Assembly: GCA_030770535.1 (NCBI GenBank)
Contig: JASVEC010000013.1
Span: 744,001 to 808,000 of the forward strand
Length of the DNA stretch: 64,000 bases
Direction: 5' to 3'
DNA from: Batkoa obscura
Lineage: Eukaryota
Of the stretch, positions 35,810-49,810 are shown in pieces. Numbering within the stretch: the stretch's first letter is position 1; each line of letters starts with the position of its first letter. The notes under the pieces were generated by a model. It was not told the origin of the DNA, made no database searches, and was given only the letters and a program-made list of their open reading frames with translations. Position numbers and translations under genes: made by a program.

Positions 35810-37393
35810 TTTGATGAGTTAAAAACAACTTTTATAATGAAAGGTAAAGGAAAACAATAAGATCAAAATAGTGTAAGTCTATTCACTATAATGGAGGCAG
35901 TAACAGATTAAAAACAACAATGAATAAAGGGAAAGGAAAGATCTAATTATTTAAACAAGAAAGCTTTTAAAATAAACGAAAGATGGTAATTATTTAAAAA
36001 ACAAATGAGACTCAAAGTTCAATAATCAAAAAGAAGAATTGAGAAGAAAAAAGATTTAAAAAAATTGAAATATTATAACAATTTGGACTAATTTAAAAAA
36101 TATCAAATTAATACTTTAAACACAATTGCATAGATCAACCCTGCTAAGATTAATTAAGAATAAGCTGTTTTTAAGGTGATTAACTAAAGATGAGAGACGA
36201 AAACGTTTCAAAATGACGCTTAGTGCTGAAAATTATCAAATCAGCTTAACCAAATTTATTAGATCTAAAAATACTTTTAATCTCCACACCTTATTAACCT
36301 AATTTAAATATCATTTGTTGGCTTCAATATAAGTAGCCAATAAAATCTATATAATTCATCTTATCCATATTAGTCAGTCTAATATTTACTCTGAAATTTT
36401 GAATAAATTTTAACCTCTATTTAAAATAAAACGATATTAGCCAATTAACATTCATTTATCAAGTTATAAAAGGAGAATGTTTAAACATATTCATTCTAAT
36501 GAAGCGCATATTGAAACAATGTAAGGCTTTAAAAAAATTATGAGAATAGTTTAAGGACAATAATTTATTTCAAAAACAATAAAATTCTTTACTTTTGTAT
36601 TATATTTTGTTTATATTATAATACTATAATATCTACTATTAGTGTAATAGATTGATGTGCCTTTAATTAAAAACTAATAACAGTTCTGATTGGCTAAAAC
36701 CCTGTCTAATTTATTAAATAGAAAAATCATAACTTATCCTTGAAGGAATTAAATTATTCAGCAATCTTTTAAAAATAATCATTTTAACGTTAACTTTTTA
36801 AAAAAAATGACGTATAAAAAGGGATATAACAAATAAAGTTAAAAATAAATTTATGTTGAAAAAGTCAAAAAGGATAAAGGAATTTAACTTAAGCTATAAA
36901 AAAAATTTTTGATTAACTTTTTTTGACTATCTATAACTGTTATCTCATTAAAATGATTTGAGTTTTGTTATTAAAGAAATAAAAATGAATATAAATTATA
37001 AAAAACTTAGATTCCACTTTTTTATTTAAGAACTATGAAAATACGCCTTACAATCATAAACCTGAAATAAAATTCAAGTGTCTAATTTATCCTAAAAATT
37101 TATCCTAAAGTTGCTTTATTTGAAATAAATTTGATAGCCTAGGGGGTCAGAATTAAGGTATTTTGCTTCGATGGGGTTTTTTGTTCGTTCCAATATAGCT
37201 GCTGCAACTATACTGTGACCTAATTTGCGGTAAATTTTGGAGCCAGTTATCTGTTGGTTTGGTTTTTCAAAGACTAATCTAGGATTTTAGTAAAATTTTA
37301 GCAAAATTTTATGTTTAAATGAACGGTTAATTAGATCGTAATAGGGTTGCAGTGGCTATAAAGCCAATACTTTTAAAATAAATACATCAAATT

Positions 37394-37554
37394 GGAACTA
37401 GTTGCATTTAGATGCTTCGTTTTATTTTAACTTGTCGTTAATTTCTTTTATAATGAAAATATGGGCCAAGGCTACGTATGATCTATGAATTTAATGTAAA
37501 AGAAATCAGTGCCAAATTAAAATAAATCGAATGTATCTAAATGCGACCAGTTCT
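37394..37554. mobile_element. Fold-back MITE with ~40-bp imperfect TIRs
   Basis: gaactagttgcatttagatgcttcgttttattttaa pairs with ttaaaataaatcgaatgtatctaaatgcgaccagttc; TSD unclear. Confidence 0.65.
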
Positions 37555-38874
37555 ATAAAAATTAGAAGGGTTATTAAATTATATTAAAATATTCTTTTTA
37601 CACTTTTAAAAGCAAACGATATAACTAACAAACAAGTGAAAATAAAGTAAGTAATAGTGGTCTATATTTAAAGCTTTTGCGTTTAAACATACATTTTATG
37701 AAAGCTATTAGTATACGTCAGTAAACTTTTGATATACAAACTTAAACACTGATTAGAGTATTTTAATAAACAAAATTAAACTATGACAGCCTTTTTATTA
37801 AAGTCGATTTTTAATAATAAAATGTACTAGCCATATAAAGTTGTATACCAAATTACTTACGCTTACCAACAGTCTTCAAAAAAGTTGCATGTTAAAATTA
37901 TGTAATTGAGTATTGAAAAACAAATATTAATTGTTAAAGAATCAAAATTTCATTAGTGTTTAACCTTTTATTACTTTAAATGATCACTTTGATCTAAATA
38001 AGTTATTTTTTTATAGTATTTATATAGAAATAAAAATAAACTTAATTTGTGAAAAATTTTTTTATTCAAAGTTATTGATTGAATTTAATAAAGTTATCAT
38101 ACCAATTTACTAAAATATTTGTATTATAAATATAATCTTGATTTTCTAATTATTAAGTTAGTATATAGTCTCTCAGCCATACGAGTGAAGTTGTAAAGTT
38201 TGTGGAATAAAGAGGTTTAGATGAGAGTTTTTTGTACAAAACTATTGTATGTGTTAACTAAATCACTCATCCCCAAGACATAATCAAAATTCCAAGGGTA
38301 CTTTTTGGGGGGATGTCATTTTTTGTTATGAGCTAAAAAAACTCTATAAAAATCCTTCCTACCTTATAATGCTTAATACTCTTGAATCTTAGGCTATACT
38401 TTTAAGCAAGTGGTAAAGTAGAAAGGGGCCCAAAAATCTGTGTAAATTACCAAAACTTTGCAAATTTGCAAAGTATTATCAGTAATTTGGATATATTAAC
38501 TAGTTGCTCTTACTTTGCATTCGCTTAAAGTATAAATTGATTTCTCTGTACTATTCACAATTGTTTAAACATGAACTCAGGCAGTAAGGAGCATTTATAA
38601 TATATGAAATTATTTATTTAAAACATCAAAATTTTAAACTTTACATAATAAACTCAGTGACATCCTTAAAAGCTATTTGAGTTAATAATAAAATAAACAT
38701 TAGATATTAAACACAAGCTTGTTTTTTTATTAAAGCTTTATTATCTTTTTAATCAAGACTTTAACTGTTGACAATATAGTCATACTACTAGTAAATCTTA
38801 TAGCAGTATTAACACATCGTCATTTATTGTACCACCAAAGAAATAAAAAACACCAAATTTATTTAATAAAAAAC

Positions 38875-41507
38875 TTAATAGGCATCAGCCAATCCGTGCT
38901 TTCTGCCATCGGAAGCAGCTATAAGGAAATTAAATTAAACTAAATTAAAAGAAATCAAAACAGTAAAATTTACCTGAATAAACTCCTTTAGAATAGTGAA
39001 CAGCTTGAATTACTGAGTTAGGAAAAGAAAGATATTCAACCTAAACAATTATTTTAACTACTGATTAAACTAATAAATAATAATTACATTATGTTTATAT
39101 TTTCCAAGTGAACTTGAGATCATGGGACAAAACTTAGGTTCAAAGTAAGTCTAATTAATTATAAGTTAGTATATAAAATGGAATTTATAATTTGTAATAT
39201 TACAAGTTCAGGTAACAATTGATTATGAAGTCTAGGGTGATCGATAGCACGATGGACCTCTTTTTTGTTTATTACTACTTGTAATATAACCTAATAAACA
39301 TTGTTATATTAATATTATACTGTTGTTATTATATAATATTTACTTGTACTGCTGCAGTTAAAATTCTGCTACCACCCGATCCACCAAGAACCAATAATTC
39401 TAAATCATCAGAATCAGAGTTAGCTTCAATAATAGTAGGAACTGTAGATGAGAGCGGTCTCTTTCTAGGGGCTAACAAAACATATTGGGTTAAATTACTA
39501 TCACTATTTGTTATGAAGTAAATATTACCAATAAAATTAGCAGGGGATGGGAAAAGATCAAAGCCATTTTTAGTATGTGGGATTGAAAAATCATCAATTT
39601 GATTATTAAAGATAATCCCTGTTTCTTCGTCCATAATTTTAGAACCAAAAATCAAGTTAACCTGAAGGAATGTGTTAAATAAATTATACAGTAGTATATG
39701 GTATAAACTTACAGTTGATGTTAACCCAACAGCCATTTTATCTGAGTCAATGACTGATAAATGGGTAGTACCAGGTAATTCTTTGTGAGAATACTTAGGG
39801 TGGTAGTATTTGTAGTCGTAAGTATGGGTCTAAAAATAAATATCTTAAACCAAAGAATGCAGTTATTGAAATGATAATTACATCTGATATATTTCTACGA
39901 ATGTTTTGTGCTGTTAATTTATCTGCAAATTCATTTGCTTTTTGAGTTATGTTAGGCTATTAAATAGTTAGTACTTTGCTATATCAATATAATATAGTAA
40001 ATAATAGTACCATAATTGGATCTGCTAATTCTGTTCTTTGAGCATAGCCAACTAAAATCAATATTAATACTTATATTCAATGATTGTAGTATAATTACAT
40101 TTGAAAGATTCAATAAGTCTAAATAAATATATTATTATTATTATGCTCTTACAATATATAAGTAATAATTACCTATGATAATATAAAGTAATTTCATCAT
40201 GGGCAGTGATATTACTTAATTCATAGCCTTCTAATATATTTAAAATAGACAATAAAATTGGGCCTGAGGTTGGTGGGGGTGAAGTAATAACTTTATTGCC
40301 CAAAAAGGTACCAACCATGGGTTTTCTAGTGATTGGACGATATTCTTGTAAATCTTTTAATGTCATTACACCACCTTCTTTTTGTATTGTTTGGATTATT
40401 TTTTCAGCGATTTTTCCCTATTAAAATTATATTATATTCTATCCTATTATAACAATAATTTATCAATCACTTTGTAAAAGCCATCGGAACCTTCCTTAGC
40501 AATAATTTCCAAAGTATCTGCTAAATTTTTGCGATAAACAATATCCCCTTCTTTAGCTAATTCATCCTTTTGATTTATAAATACTTCTCTGAATCCGGTT
40601 GAAGCGTCAATGTACTGCTTATTTGACTAAACAAAATCAATACAATGTAGCGCAAATATAATATAAATTTACTTTTAAATAATAAGCTAATTGTTTGCCT
40701 ACTGGGAACCCGGATCTAGCCAATTTAATACTAGGCTCAATTAATTGCCTCCATTTTAAGCTACCATAACTAACAATGGTTAGAATAAATCAATATAACT
40801 ATTTAAATTTACCGCTGATGAGCAAGTTCAAAGCCTTTAACTTCACCAGGAACACCAACAGCAGTGCCACCAAACTGGGTACGATTAGGTTGTTTTAAAT
40901 ATTCTTCAAAAGTAGTGGCAGCAGGTGCTTCTTCACGAAAGTCAATAAAATCATATTTTCCATCTTTAGTACGAATAGTCATAAAACCTCCGCCTCCAAT
41001 ACCTGATGAAAAACTATTGACTACACCAATACAAAAAGCAGAAGCAATAGCGGAATCAACGGCATTACCACCCTCTCTTAGTGTTTGAGTTCCAATTTTA
41101 GAACATATTTCATTTTCAGTAGCAACAGCGCCTCTTTTACCAGTATAGAGTAAAGTGGGTGCTTGATATCTTCCTCCCAAACCTTCAAAATAGGATTGAA
41201 TAAAGTTGGGTAGATATGGTATTCCAAACAAAAATAAGAATAAACCGATTGAAAAAAAGATGGTAAATAAGGTAAGTAACTTTCTTTTAATCGTGTTCTT
41301 TTTATATGCCTCCTTTTCTTTTAATACACTTTCGAAACTTGGTGGTAACTCATAACTCTCATTTTGGTCCTCCTCTTCTTCATTGGTATTATTGTTTACA
41401 TTGTCAAATTCTCCGTTATCTCTAAATACATTCTTTTCTGAGGAGTAATCATCCTCACTTTTATTTAATGGTTGATAGCCACCAGTACTACTGCTTGTTC
41501 CCAGCAT
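38875..41507 (-). CDS. GGT: Gamma-glutamyltranspeptidase (type II membrane), multi-exon
   Basis: [48 protein letters not shown], catalytic [36 protein letters not shown]. Confidence 0.95.
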
Positions 41508-42591
41508 AAATTGAAAAAAACTAATAAAATAAAAAATAAAAACAACTCATTCTCTTTGCTTAGTTTTTATACTTTAAAGTTCTATTAGGATACAATAATC
41601 ACTATTCAATTTTAAGCATTTTGATGAAATTTGCCCTATAAAAACCCCTTTAGTTGTAACATTGATCATAAGGTTTAATATTATGCTGCAAATGTAATCA
41701 CAAATTACTATTTTTACGCTTTTAATTTAAGCCAATTTTAGGGTTTTATTGCTCTTACCCCGTTTGTTAACCCTAGTTTTATCATTTTAAGCTTAATAAA
41801 AGTTTATATTAAATTTTAAAAAAACCTGTTCTTAGGTGATATTAAAAATATCCATTATATCTGAATTTGGGTTATAGTTGTTGTAAGTATATAATGATCA
41901 TATTATATTTATTATACTCATTATATAGATCATTCAATAAGTAAAGCTTTTAAAAAATAACGCTTTATTTAATGAAATTTATGAACCAATTTATTATGGT
42001 TATCTAATAAATTGCCTAGAAATTCGAAACAAAAGCTTGGGTTCTTTTTAATCCCATAAAAATTAATAAGGTAACTTCTAAAGTAATCTATAACTTCTGG
42101 ACCAATCTAATTGGTGAAGATACATAATTGCAGCATCAAGGTAACTTTGCGTGCAGATAATAACTACTTTATACAAGAAAAAAAACTCTATTGCAACTAA
42201 TGACTAGCATTATTTTCCCCAAAATCTTAGATTAGAAATTACCTTATAGGAAATTCTATTACCATAACCTTAATAAGTGATAATAGAAAACTACAATAGC
42301 TTCATTAAACAATATTGATAATCTGCTTTATAAAGTGATAAATACAATTAGTAATAAGGATACATCGCTATCCCTAGACAAATGCCACAATATCTTTCTT
42401 AGCATTCTATACCAAAAAGACTATTTCTAATCAAGCCAACAGCACCCAAAAAGTTGCAAATTTCTAGCCAATAACATCTTAACATAGCCAAATAATCCAA
42501 CACAACAAAAAGTTTCGATTTCGAAACAAATTTCCATTCAATTCGGTCAAAAGAAGACTTTTATAATTTTTTATCTTTCTAAAAAAAATTA

Positions 42592-44791
42592 ATGTCATTA
42601 CGTGTACCAAAGGCCTCTTCCTCATCCTTGTTTAAGGATGGATATAAAGTAATCTTCTTGTTATTAAAAAAATCCACCCAAGCTTATTAATTTTGATAGA
42701 TTTCCCAAGGTGTTGACGATGCGGTTGTAAGAAACATCGACGCTTGTAGAGAGTTGAATAAGATCACTTTATCTTCCTTTGGGCCCAATGGTAAGCAATT
42801 AAAAATTAAATGTAAAAAAAAGATAAAACTTATTTATTTTCTTAAAAGGTCGTAACAAGATTGTAGTCAATCATTTAGAAAAATTATTTGTTACCAATGA
42901 CGCTGGTACTATGATCAACGAATTGGAAGTAGTCCACCCAGCTGCTAAAATTTTAGCTCAAGCTTCTCAACATCAACAAGCAGAAGTAAGATTTATTTCC
43001 ATCATTTTGTTTTTTAACTAATCTATTTTTAATAGTTAGGAGATGCTTCTAACTTAGTTTTAATGTTAGCTTCTGAACTTTTAGACAAAGCTGAAGGCTT
43101 ATTAAGAATGGGATTAAAGCCAAGTGAAATAGCCCAAGGTTACGAAATTGCATCTAAAAAAGCACTTGAGTTATTAGAAAGTAATTTAGTCTTTTTGAAT
43201 TTAAAATAATAATATGGGCTGATTTCGTTTTTTATTAGCTTTATGTGTTGAAAATATTGAAAATATTAATGAATCAGATTTAACTTTAAAAGTAATTGAA
43301 GCTGCAGTTGGTTCTAAAATGAATGGTTATCAAGGTTTTTTGGCTAAATTAGTTTGGGATGCTTGCTCCTATATCATGCCAAATAAAGCATCTAATTTCA
43401 ATGTGGATAGCGTACGTATTGTTAAAGTAATGGGCTCGAGCTTATTAGAATCTAAAGTAGTTAAAGGAATGGTATTTGGACGTGAAGCTGAAGGTAAAAA
43501 GATAGTACATCATATAGCACAAGTATTTAAAATTATATTAGGAAACGTTCATTATGCCGAAAAAGCAAAGATTGCTGTATTCAGTTGTCCAATTGATATT
43601 TCACAAACTGAAACTAAGGGTACAGTATTAATCCACAATGCTAAAGAAATGTTGGATTTTTCAAAGGGTGAAGAATCCCAAATTGAAGAGGCTATCAAAG
43701 AATTAGCTGAATCTGGTGTCAAAGTTATTGTCAGTGGTGGCGCTATTGGTGATTTAGCCCTTCACTTTATCAATCGTTATGGTCTTATGGCAGTTAAATG
43801 TCCATCTAAATTCGACTTACGTCGTCTTTCTAGAGTCGTTGGAGCTACCCCGTTAGCTAGATTGGTAATATCATAACTAACTATTGTTTCGATTTTTTAA
43901 ATATTAATTTAGGGTGTACCAATGGCTGAAGAGATGGGATATTGTGATATTGTTGAGTCTGAAGAAATTGGTAGTGATCGTGTTGTTATTTTCCGTCAAG
44001 GTAAAATAGTTGATAGAATGAATTTAATAGAAACTCATTTTTTTTAGAAATTGAGAAATCAAAGACTTCCACTATTTTATTGAGAGGTGCTACTCAAAAT
44101 TTCTTAGATGATGTTGAAAGAGCTTTGGATGATGGTATCAGCTCAGTGAAAGCCTTGGGACGCGATGGTCGTGTTTTGGCTGGTGCTGGAGCCTCTGAAA
44201 CGCAGTTAGCTAAACATTTAACTTCATTCGGAGAAGTAAACCTTTTAGAATTATTTTTTATTTTTTTATCAATTTTAATTAGAAAACAGCAGGATTAAAT
44301 CAATATGCAATTAAAAAATTTGCAGAAGCTTTAGAAATTGTACCACGTACTCTTGGTGAAACTTCTGGAATGAGTGTAAGAAAATAATTATTTATTTTAT
44401 ATCTGTTTATTTATCATTATTTAGTCCTATGAAATCCTCTCTAAATTACATGCTGCTCATTATACAAATCAAGAAAATTGTTTTGTTGGTGTAGATATAG
44501 ATGTAAGTTTTGATGATTTTAAATTTAGTTTAGTTATTTATAATTTATTTAGAGTGAAAAAGCAGCCAGTATAGATGCTAAAGAAAAAGGAATCTTTGAT
44601 ATTTACACTGTTAAACATAATGCTATTGAATTGGCTACTCATGCTGCTTTAACTGTATTAATGGTTGATCAGGTAAGTTTAAAATGAATTTTTATAATAA
44701 ATTTTATTAAATGAAATTATAGATTATAATGAGTAAACCAGCCGGGGGTCCTAAAATGCCAAAAAACAACCCAAATTGGGATGAAGACTAA
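42592..44791 (+). CDS. CCT8: T-complex protein 1 subunit theta (chaperonin CCT8), multi-exon
   Basis: MSLRVPK, SFGPNGRNKIVVNHLEKLFVTND, EVVHPAAK, TETKGTVLI, SKFDLRRL, DQIIMSKPAGGPK...NWDED*. Confidence 0.97.
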
Positions 44792-44921
44792 AAAAATTAA
44801 GAATAATAAATAAAGAATTTAAAATTTCAAAATAATTATTTAAAATTTAAAAAGTAAACTAAACGTAATAAATTAAAATAAATAAGCAGTAATTTTATTA
44901 ATTTAATACAAAATAGATAAT

Positions 44922-45483
44922 TCAATAATGCCATTTATCATTTATAATTAAATATTCAACGGCTAAATTAATACAATAAATCCAATGTTCTTTTTCTAAT
45001 TTACTTCTTGTTTGAAATGTAAATTTGTTTTGTTTACCATAATAACTGGGCATAAACCAATGCCAAGGCCAAATTAAAGAGTGACCACAATGCATATTTC
45101 GATATAAGAAATGAATACCAAGTTCCACTTGATTTCTTTGTTCCATTTTATTAGGCCACAAATAAGCTAAATGAGATTCCCATAATGCAAATGTACGATC
45201 TAATTCACTATCTTGAGATAATAATCGATCTGGATATAAATGTGGTTCTACTTCATCTCCATCAACTACCAAATCCATAGCTAAACCACTGTAAATAAAA
45301 CAATTTTTTAATGAAATATATGAATTAGAAGTTTCCCTTAAATGTAAAAATTTAATTGGTGGTGGTAAACGAGATAAATCAAAAGGAGAATAGCTTTGTT
45401 CTCCTTTTTGTTGTTCATTATTATTAGTTCTATTATCAATATTAATATTACTATTACTTAAATTATTATTATTATTATTATTA

Positions 45484-45533
<50 letters not shown>

Positions 45534-47442
45534 AAAAGAAGTAACTGAATATTCAAAAAAATGTAGAGAATCTAAAGTAAGAATAGCATGAACTTTACGA
45601 AAGGGAGCATGGATACGATCTTTAATATATAAAGTACCTGATTTTAAAATTGGAAAACAATATTCATTAAGACAACTTTTCCATAAAATTGGATTAGCAA
45701 TAATGTTTTGATTATCATTAATTGTATCATCATTATTATATTCTTCTTGATTGAAATTTTCATTTACTTTATTAATTTCAATTTGTGTTTCTAATTCTTT
45801 CCTTGAACTTTGTTTCCAATATATTATTAATGTTTCAAGTCTCTTTACCCATTCATTTCTTGATTCTACTGTCCATGCTTCAAATCGTAATTTATAATTT
45901 CCGATCAAAGTAATATCAAATAATGGATCTTTATTATTCCCTTGATTCTTACAACTTTCTTCAATTGACACAATTTCTCGCATATCAATAAATCCATCCA
46001 TATTTTTTAATAATAATAAATTACTATGACTATTTAAATCATTCTTATCAACCATATACTTTTCATTACTATCGAATTTGGGTCGATCTTTAGGATAAAA
46101 CAAAGTAAAAGGTATAGAATCCAAGGGTAATACATTACTCTTATTCTTTTTTGAAAACTTATGATTGGCTACAAATGTAATGTGATTTTGAAATGTAGAG
46201 ATATAATAGCTTTGTCCTTTAGTTAACTTTCCACTATCAATCTTTTTAAGTTCATTATTATTATTCACTTCAAAGAACCCACGAAAGATTAAATAACCTT
46301 CAACTGGAAGTGGTTCTTCTTCATTCAATATATTATGAGACTTACTTCTTAATTGTAACTCATGTGTTTGTTCAATATATTGTGGACTTAATACTAAATC
46401 ATATTCCATATGTATTTTATTGATTTCTCTACTTTCACTTATCCATTCGATTTTATCATTATGTTTCCAACACATACCAACCATCCCTTCTCTTTCCCAA
46501 CCTTCAACTATTTGCATATTATCTTCATCTTTTTTAAGTGCTTCAATAACTGCTTCTTTAATTGACCATACTTTCATATCTGGTGAACTTATCAATATAC
46601 TAACCTTAGTATTCAATTCTGGTACCGATACCAATATATTGTCTTGAAATTGTTTGACATTATTCATTATTTGGTGTAAACTAAGATACCAAGATTTAGC
46701 AATTTCGGGTGTTGGGAATAATAAGATATAAGCACAAGTAATATGTTCTTTAATATGATCCTTTGTAATAGCTAAACTATAATCCGTAATAGAATATAAT
46801 GATAACTTTGTGAACTCATCAAAACTAATTTCACTATCTACATTATCTATACTATTGGTCAACTCCAATCGATTATGATATAAGATTAATCCAAACTCTT
46901 TAAGTGGTAAAAACTTGCGCTCAGTTGCATTTAACAACTGAGAGTGATAAGTACCTGGAGCCCCATTCCATTCTTTAGCATATTCAATGCGTACCAGTGC
47001 TCGACAATGTTTTGGCAGTTCACTGGCTCTTATATTACTTACTGAAAAATTGACATCATACGGTAAACTCCTCCCAGGACTAGGTATTTCAAGTGAAAGT
47101 GGAGCATTGATTGATAAATTATGTTCTTCTAAATTAGGAGAACTGATCACTGAGTTTAAATTGGGTAATAACAAAGAATTATTACGTAAATTACTATAGT
47201 AGTTAAATCAAATAATTAGTATCTAATTTTAAGTTGACAATAAAATTTAAAATAATGTTAAATATTCTTTTTTATTACCTTGTTGTGGAACGTATTGATG
47301 CTGTGGATCTAACTATATCTTCTACTGAAGCTTTACGATCGGTATTACCCCTTAATGACCAAGCTTCTGTTTTATACCAATATTCAATACTGGGACCTAT
47401 AAATATACGTTGAATTTGATGGTGGGAATGACTTGTGGACAT
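44922..47442 (-). CDS. SPO71: SPO71/Mug56-like multi-PH-domain protein with poly-Asn tract
   Basis: 5' exon MSTSHSHHQIQRIFIGP; SPQYIEQTHELQLR..EPLPVEGYL; KSGTLYIK; FQTRSKLEKEHW. Intron ~47197-47278. Confidence 0.75.
45463..45532. repeat. (AAT)n coding microsatellite (poly-Asn)
   Basis: Tandem TTA on the + strand inside the SPO71-like ORF. Confidence 0.9.
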
Positions 47443-47904
47443 TTAAAAATTGAAAATTAATATAAAAGTACCTAAAAGCAATAATTAAGTTTGAAATCTT
47501 TAGTAATAAGCATTCCCCCGCTAAATATTATTGTCATCGAGCTATTTTAAGTGGCTTTTGGTTGATTTTAATCATTGCTTAATGATTTAATTGGAAACAA
47601 ATGACGCCATTTATATGTGTTGAGTCAAATTAGTTAAAATAGATAAAAAGAAAAGTAAGAATGATGAATTTAAAGTGATGAAAATATCAAACAATTTTTT
47701 TTAAATTTGATTAATCTTTTATTTTATAAATAAAGAACTTTTAATTTAATAATTAATAATACAATAAATAGATTATATGATTTTGTCATAAAAGTTTATT
47801 TTATAACACTTTAATATTTTTTTTTCATAAGACTAGGCTTATTTTAGGACTTTCTTTTTTAATTAGCTAATGATTTAAAAGCAGGATTTTATCAAAAAAC
47901 AATT

Positions 47905-48002
47905 AAGGATGTATTTTTTTGTTTAAGAATTTTACTAATAGCCTTTTCACTCAAATAGCGCTTAAAATGTGGAAAAAGTGATAAATTAAAAAAATCACCC
48001 TT
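47905..48002 (+). mobile_element. MITE (~98-bp family)
   Basis: Family consensus, AATT TSD, ends mutated to AAGG and CCCTT. Confidence 0.8.
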
Positions 48003-48257
48003 AATTACTGTATTGCAAATTATAGCTGTAACAGCGAAAACTTTTTTAGAATAATTTTTTATTATACTTATATACTCATTATTATTAAACTGTACAAAAC
48101 AATATTGTATATAAAAACCTATCTAGTATATAAGTTAATTTTGTTTTAATAAATAAAATTGATTAAAGTTAACTTAAAGTTTTTAATATAACAGCTTTTT
48201 AAAAAAAAGTTATTATACCTAATTTTAATAAATTTATTTTGATTTTTAGTTATATTA

Positions 48258-48343
48258 TTTTTTATTAATTTTTTATTAATTTTTTATTAATTTTTTATTA
48301 ATTTTTTATTAATTTTTTATTAATTTTTTATTAATTTTTTATT
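48258..48343. repeat. 11-bp minisatellite (TTTTTTATTAA)n
   Basis: About 7 tandem units inside a decayed AT-rich tract. Confidence 0.85.
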
Positions 48344-49499
48344 TACTTTATGTAATTTTTTTGATTATTATATACTATTTTTATTTATAAGCTTATTTTA
48401 ATTATTAAAACTAAATTTTTTTATTAAGCATTAAATTATATATCTTTCTATTTTATTATTTTTATCTTATTATTTTTATTACTAATTGAATAAAGACAAT
48501 ATCTGAAATTTTTTAATTTATCTAAACAAATATAGTAAGTATTATAAAATATTAACCGAGTTTATCATAATTCGAATTAATACATCTGATTGCTTATTTA
48601 CCTTTTTCCCTACATTTGATTAGTCAATTCTTCTTTTCCAAGGATCGGATCTTAGGGCAGCTTTTGATAGAACCAACTCAATCAACTTTACCTCTTTTGT
48701 TTTTAAATTAAATCCCACAACTAATTTGATCAAAGCGAATTTCGCTTATTAAATACTATCAAAAACAATCAACAATTGGTAATGGTTTGACAACTGATTA
48801 CTAAATTATTGAAATAAGTGAAGGCTAATAACTATATTCGCACTCAGAACATAGTCAGTATTTGTAGAGGAAAATGCCAAGTATCGGCTATCAGCCTATA
48901 ATCTATCGTGTTGACAGTTATTTGAGCTTTTTATGATTTGTGTGGAAAAACTCAAGGATTAAAAAAAGGATTATTTTAGTATTAATTTACTACATTATGA
49001 GACCCCTTCGATTGTTTTATGTAAAGCATAAGATTTTATACCATGTCAATTTTAAATCAATACGGAAATTGGAACTGTTATAATACTAATTAGTTAAGCC
49101 ATTTACTATGAACAAAACAACTATCTAAATACTTACTAATCAAAAACAAATCAACAAATGAATTAAAGAGATGAAAAAGTGACAAAAAAAGTAAGAAATA
49201 AATTCAAAGAAGATTTTAACAATCAAAACAAAACTAATGAGCATCTATCTTCATTAGTCAAAGTTTCTTACCACCATGTAATATTATAACCGGTTTCTTC
49301 TCGATTTAGTAGTCCTTTTTTTAAATCAACTTTAAGAATTGAGAAAGGAGGGTAAAGCATTAATATAAATAAAATATGAAATGAAGAATAATACTAAGCT
49401 TGTTTATTCATAATATTATTTACTTTAATAAACGAATTTTCTATAACTATCATAGAGTAATATATCAAGGTTTGGACGCTCGTACTAATCAAAGTTCAA

Positions 49500-49810
49500 A
49501 AGATAGAGTTATAAAGTATTAGCGATTGGTGTTGTTACAATTGGTCTTCATGTAATAATAATAGTACAACACTCAAACAAAATCAGACCAATAGCTTTAT
49601 TGTTATTGGTTCTTAAAATAAATAAACGATTCTATAATGATAAATAGGTGGCCTTGAACCCAACAACAAATAGTATTACCAGTCTTTAAGAACTTTTGTA
49701 GAGACTAACTATTATTATTTTAAAGAGGATCTACTTCAAGGAATATAATGGATTCAAAATCATGTAAAGTAAAATATATCTGAAAACAATAAAATAGCTT
49801 TAAAAGATAG
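49500..49810 (-). pseudogene. Possible decayed 7TM/GPCR-like gene fragment
   Basis: Broken frames give AILLFSDIFYF, ICCWVQGHLFIIIE and AIGLILFECCTII, resembling TM2/TM3; many stops. Confidence 0.25.

Noticed and set aside
38455..38474. Perfect 20-bp palindrome ACTTTGCAAATTTGCAAAGT
   Set aside because: It is isolated, with no TSD or second copy, so no function can be assigned.
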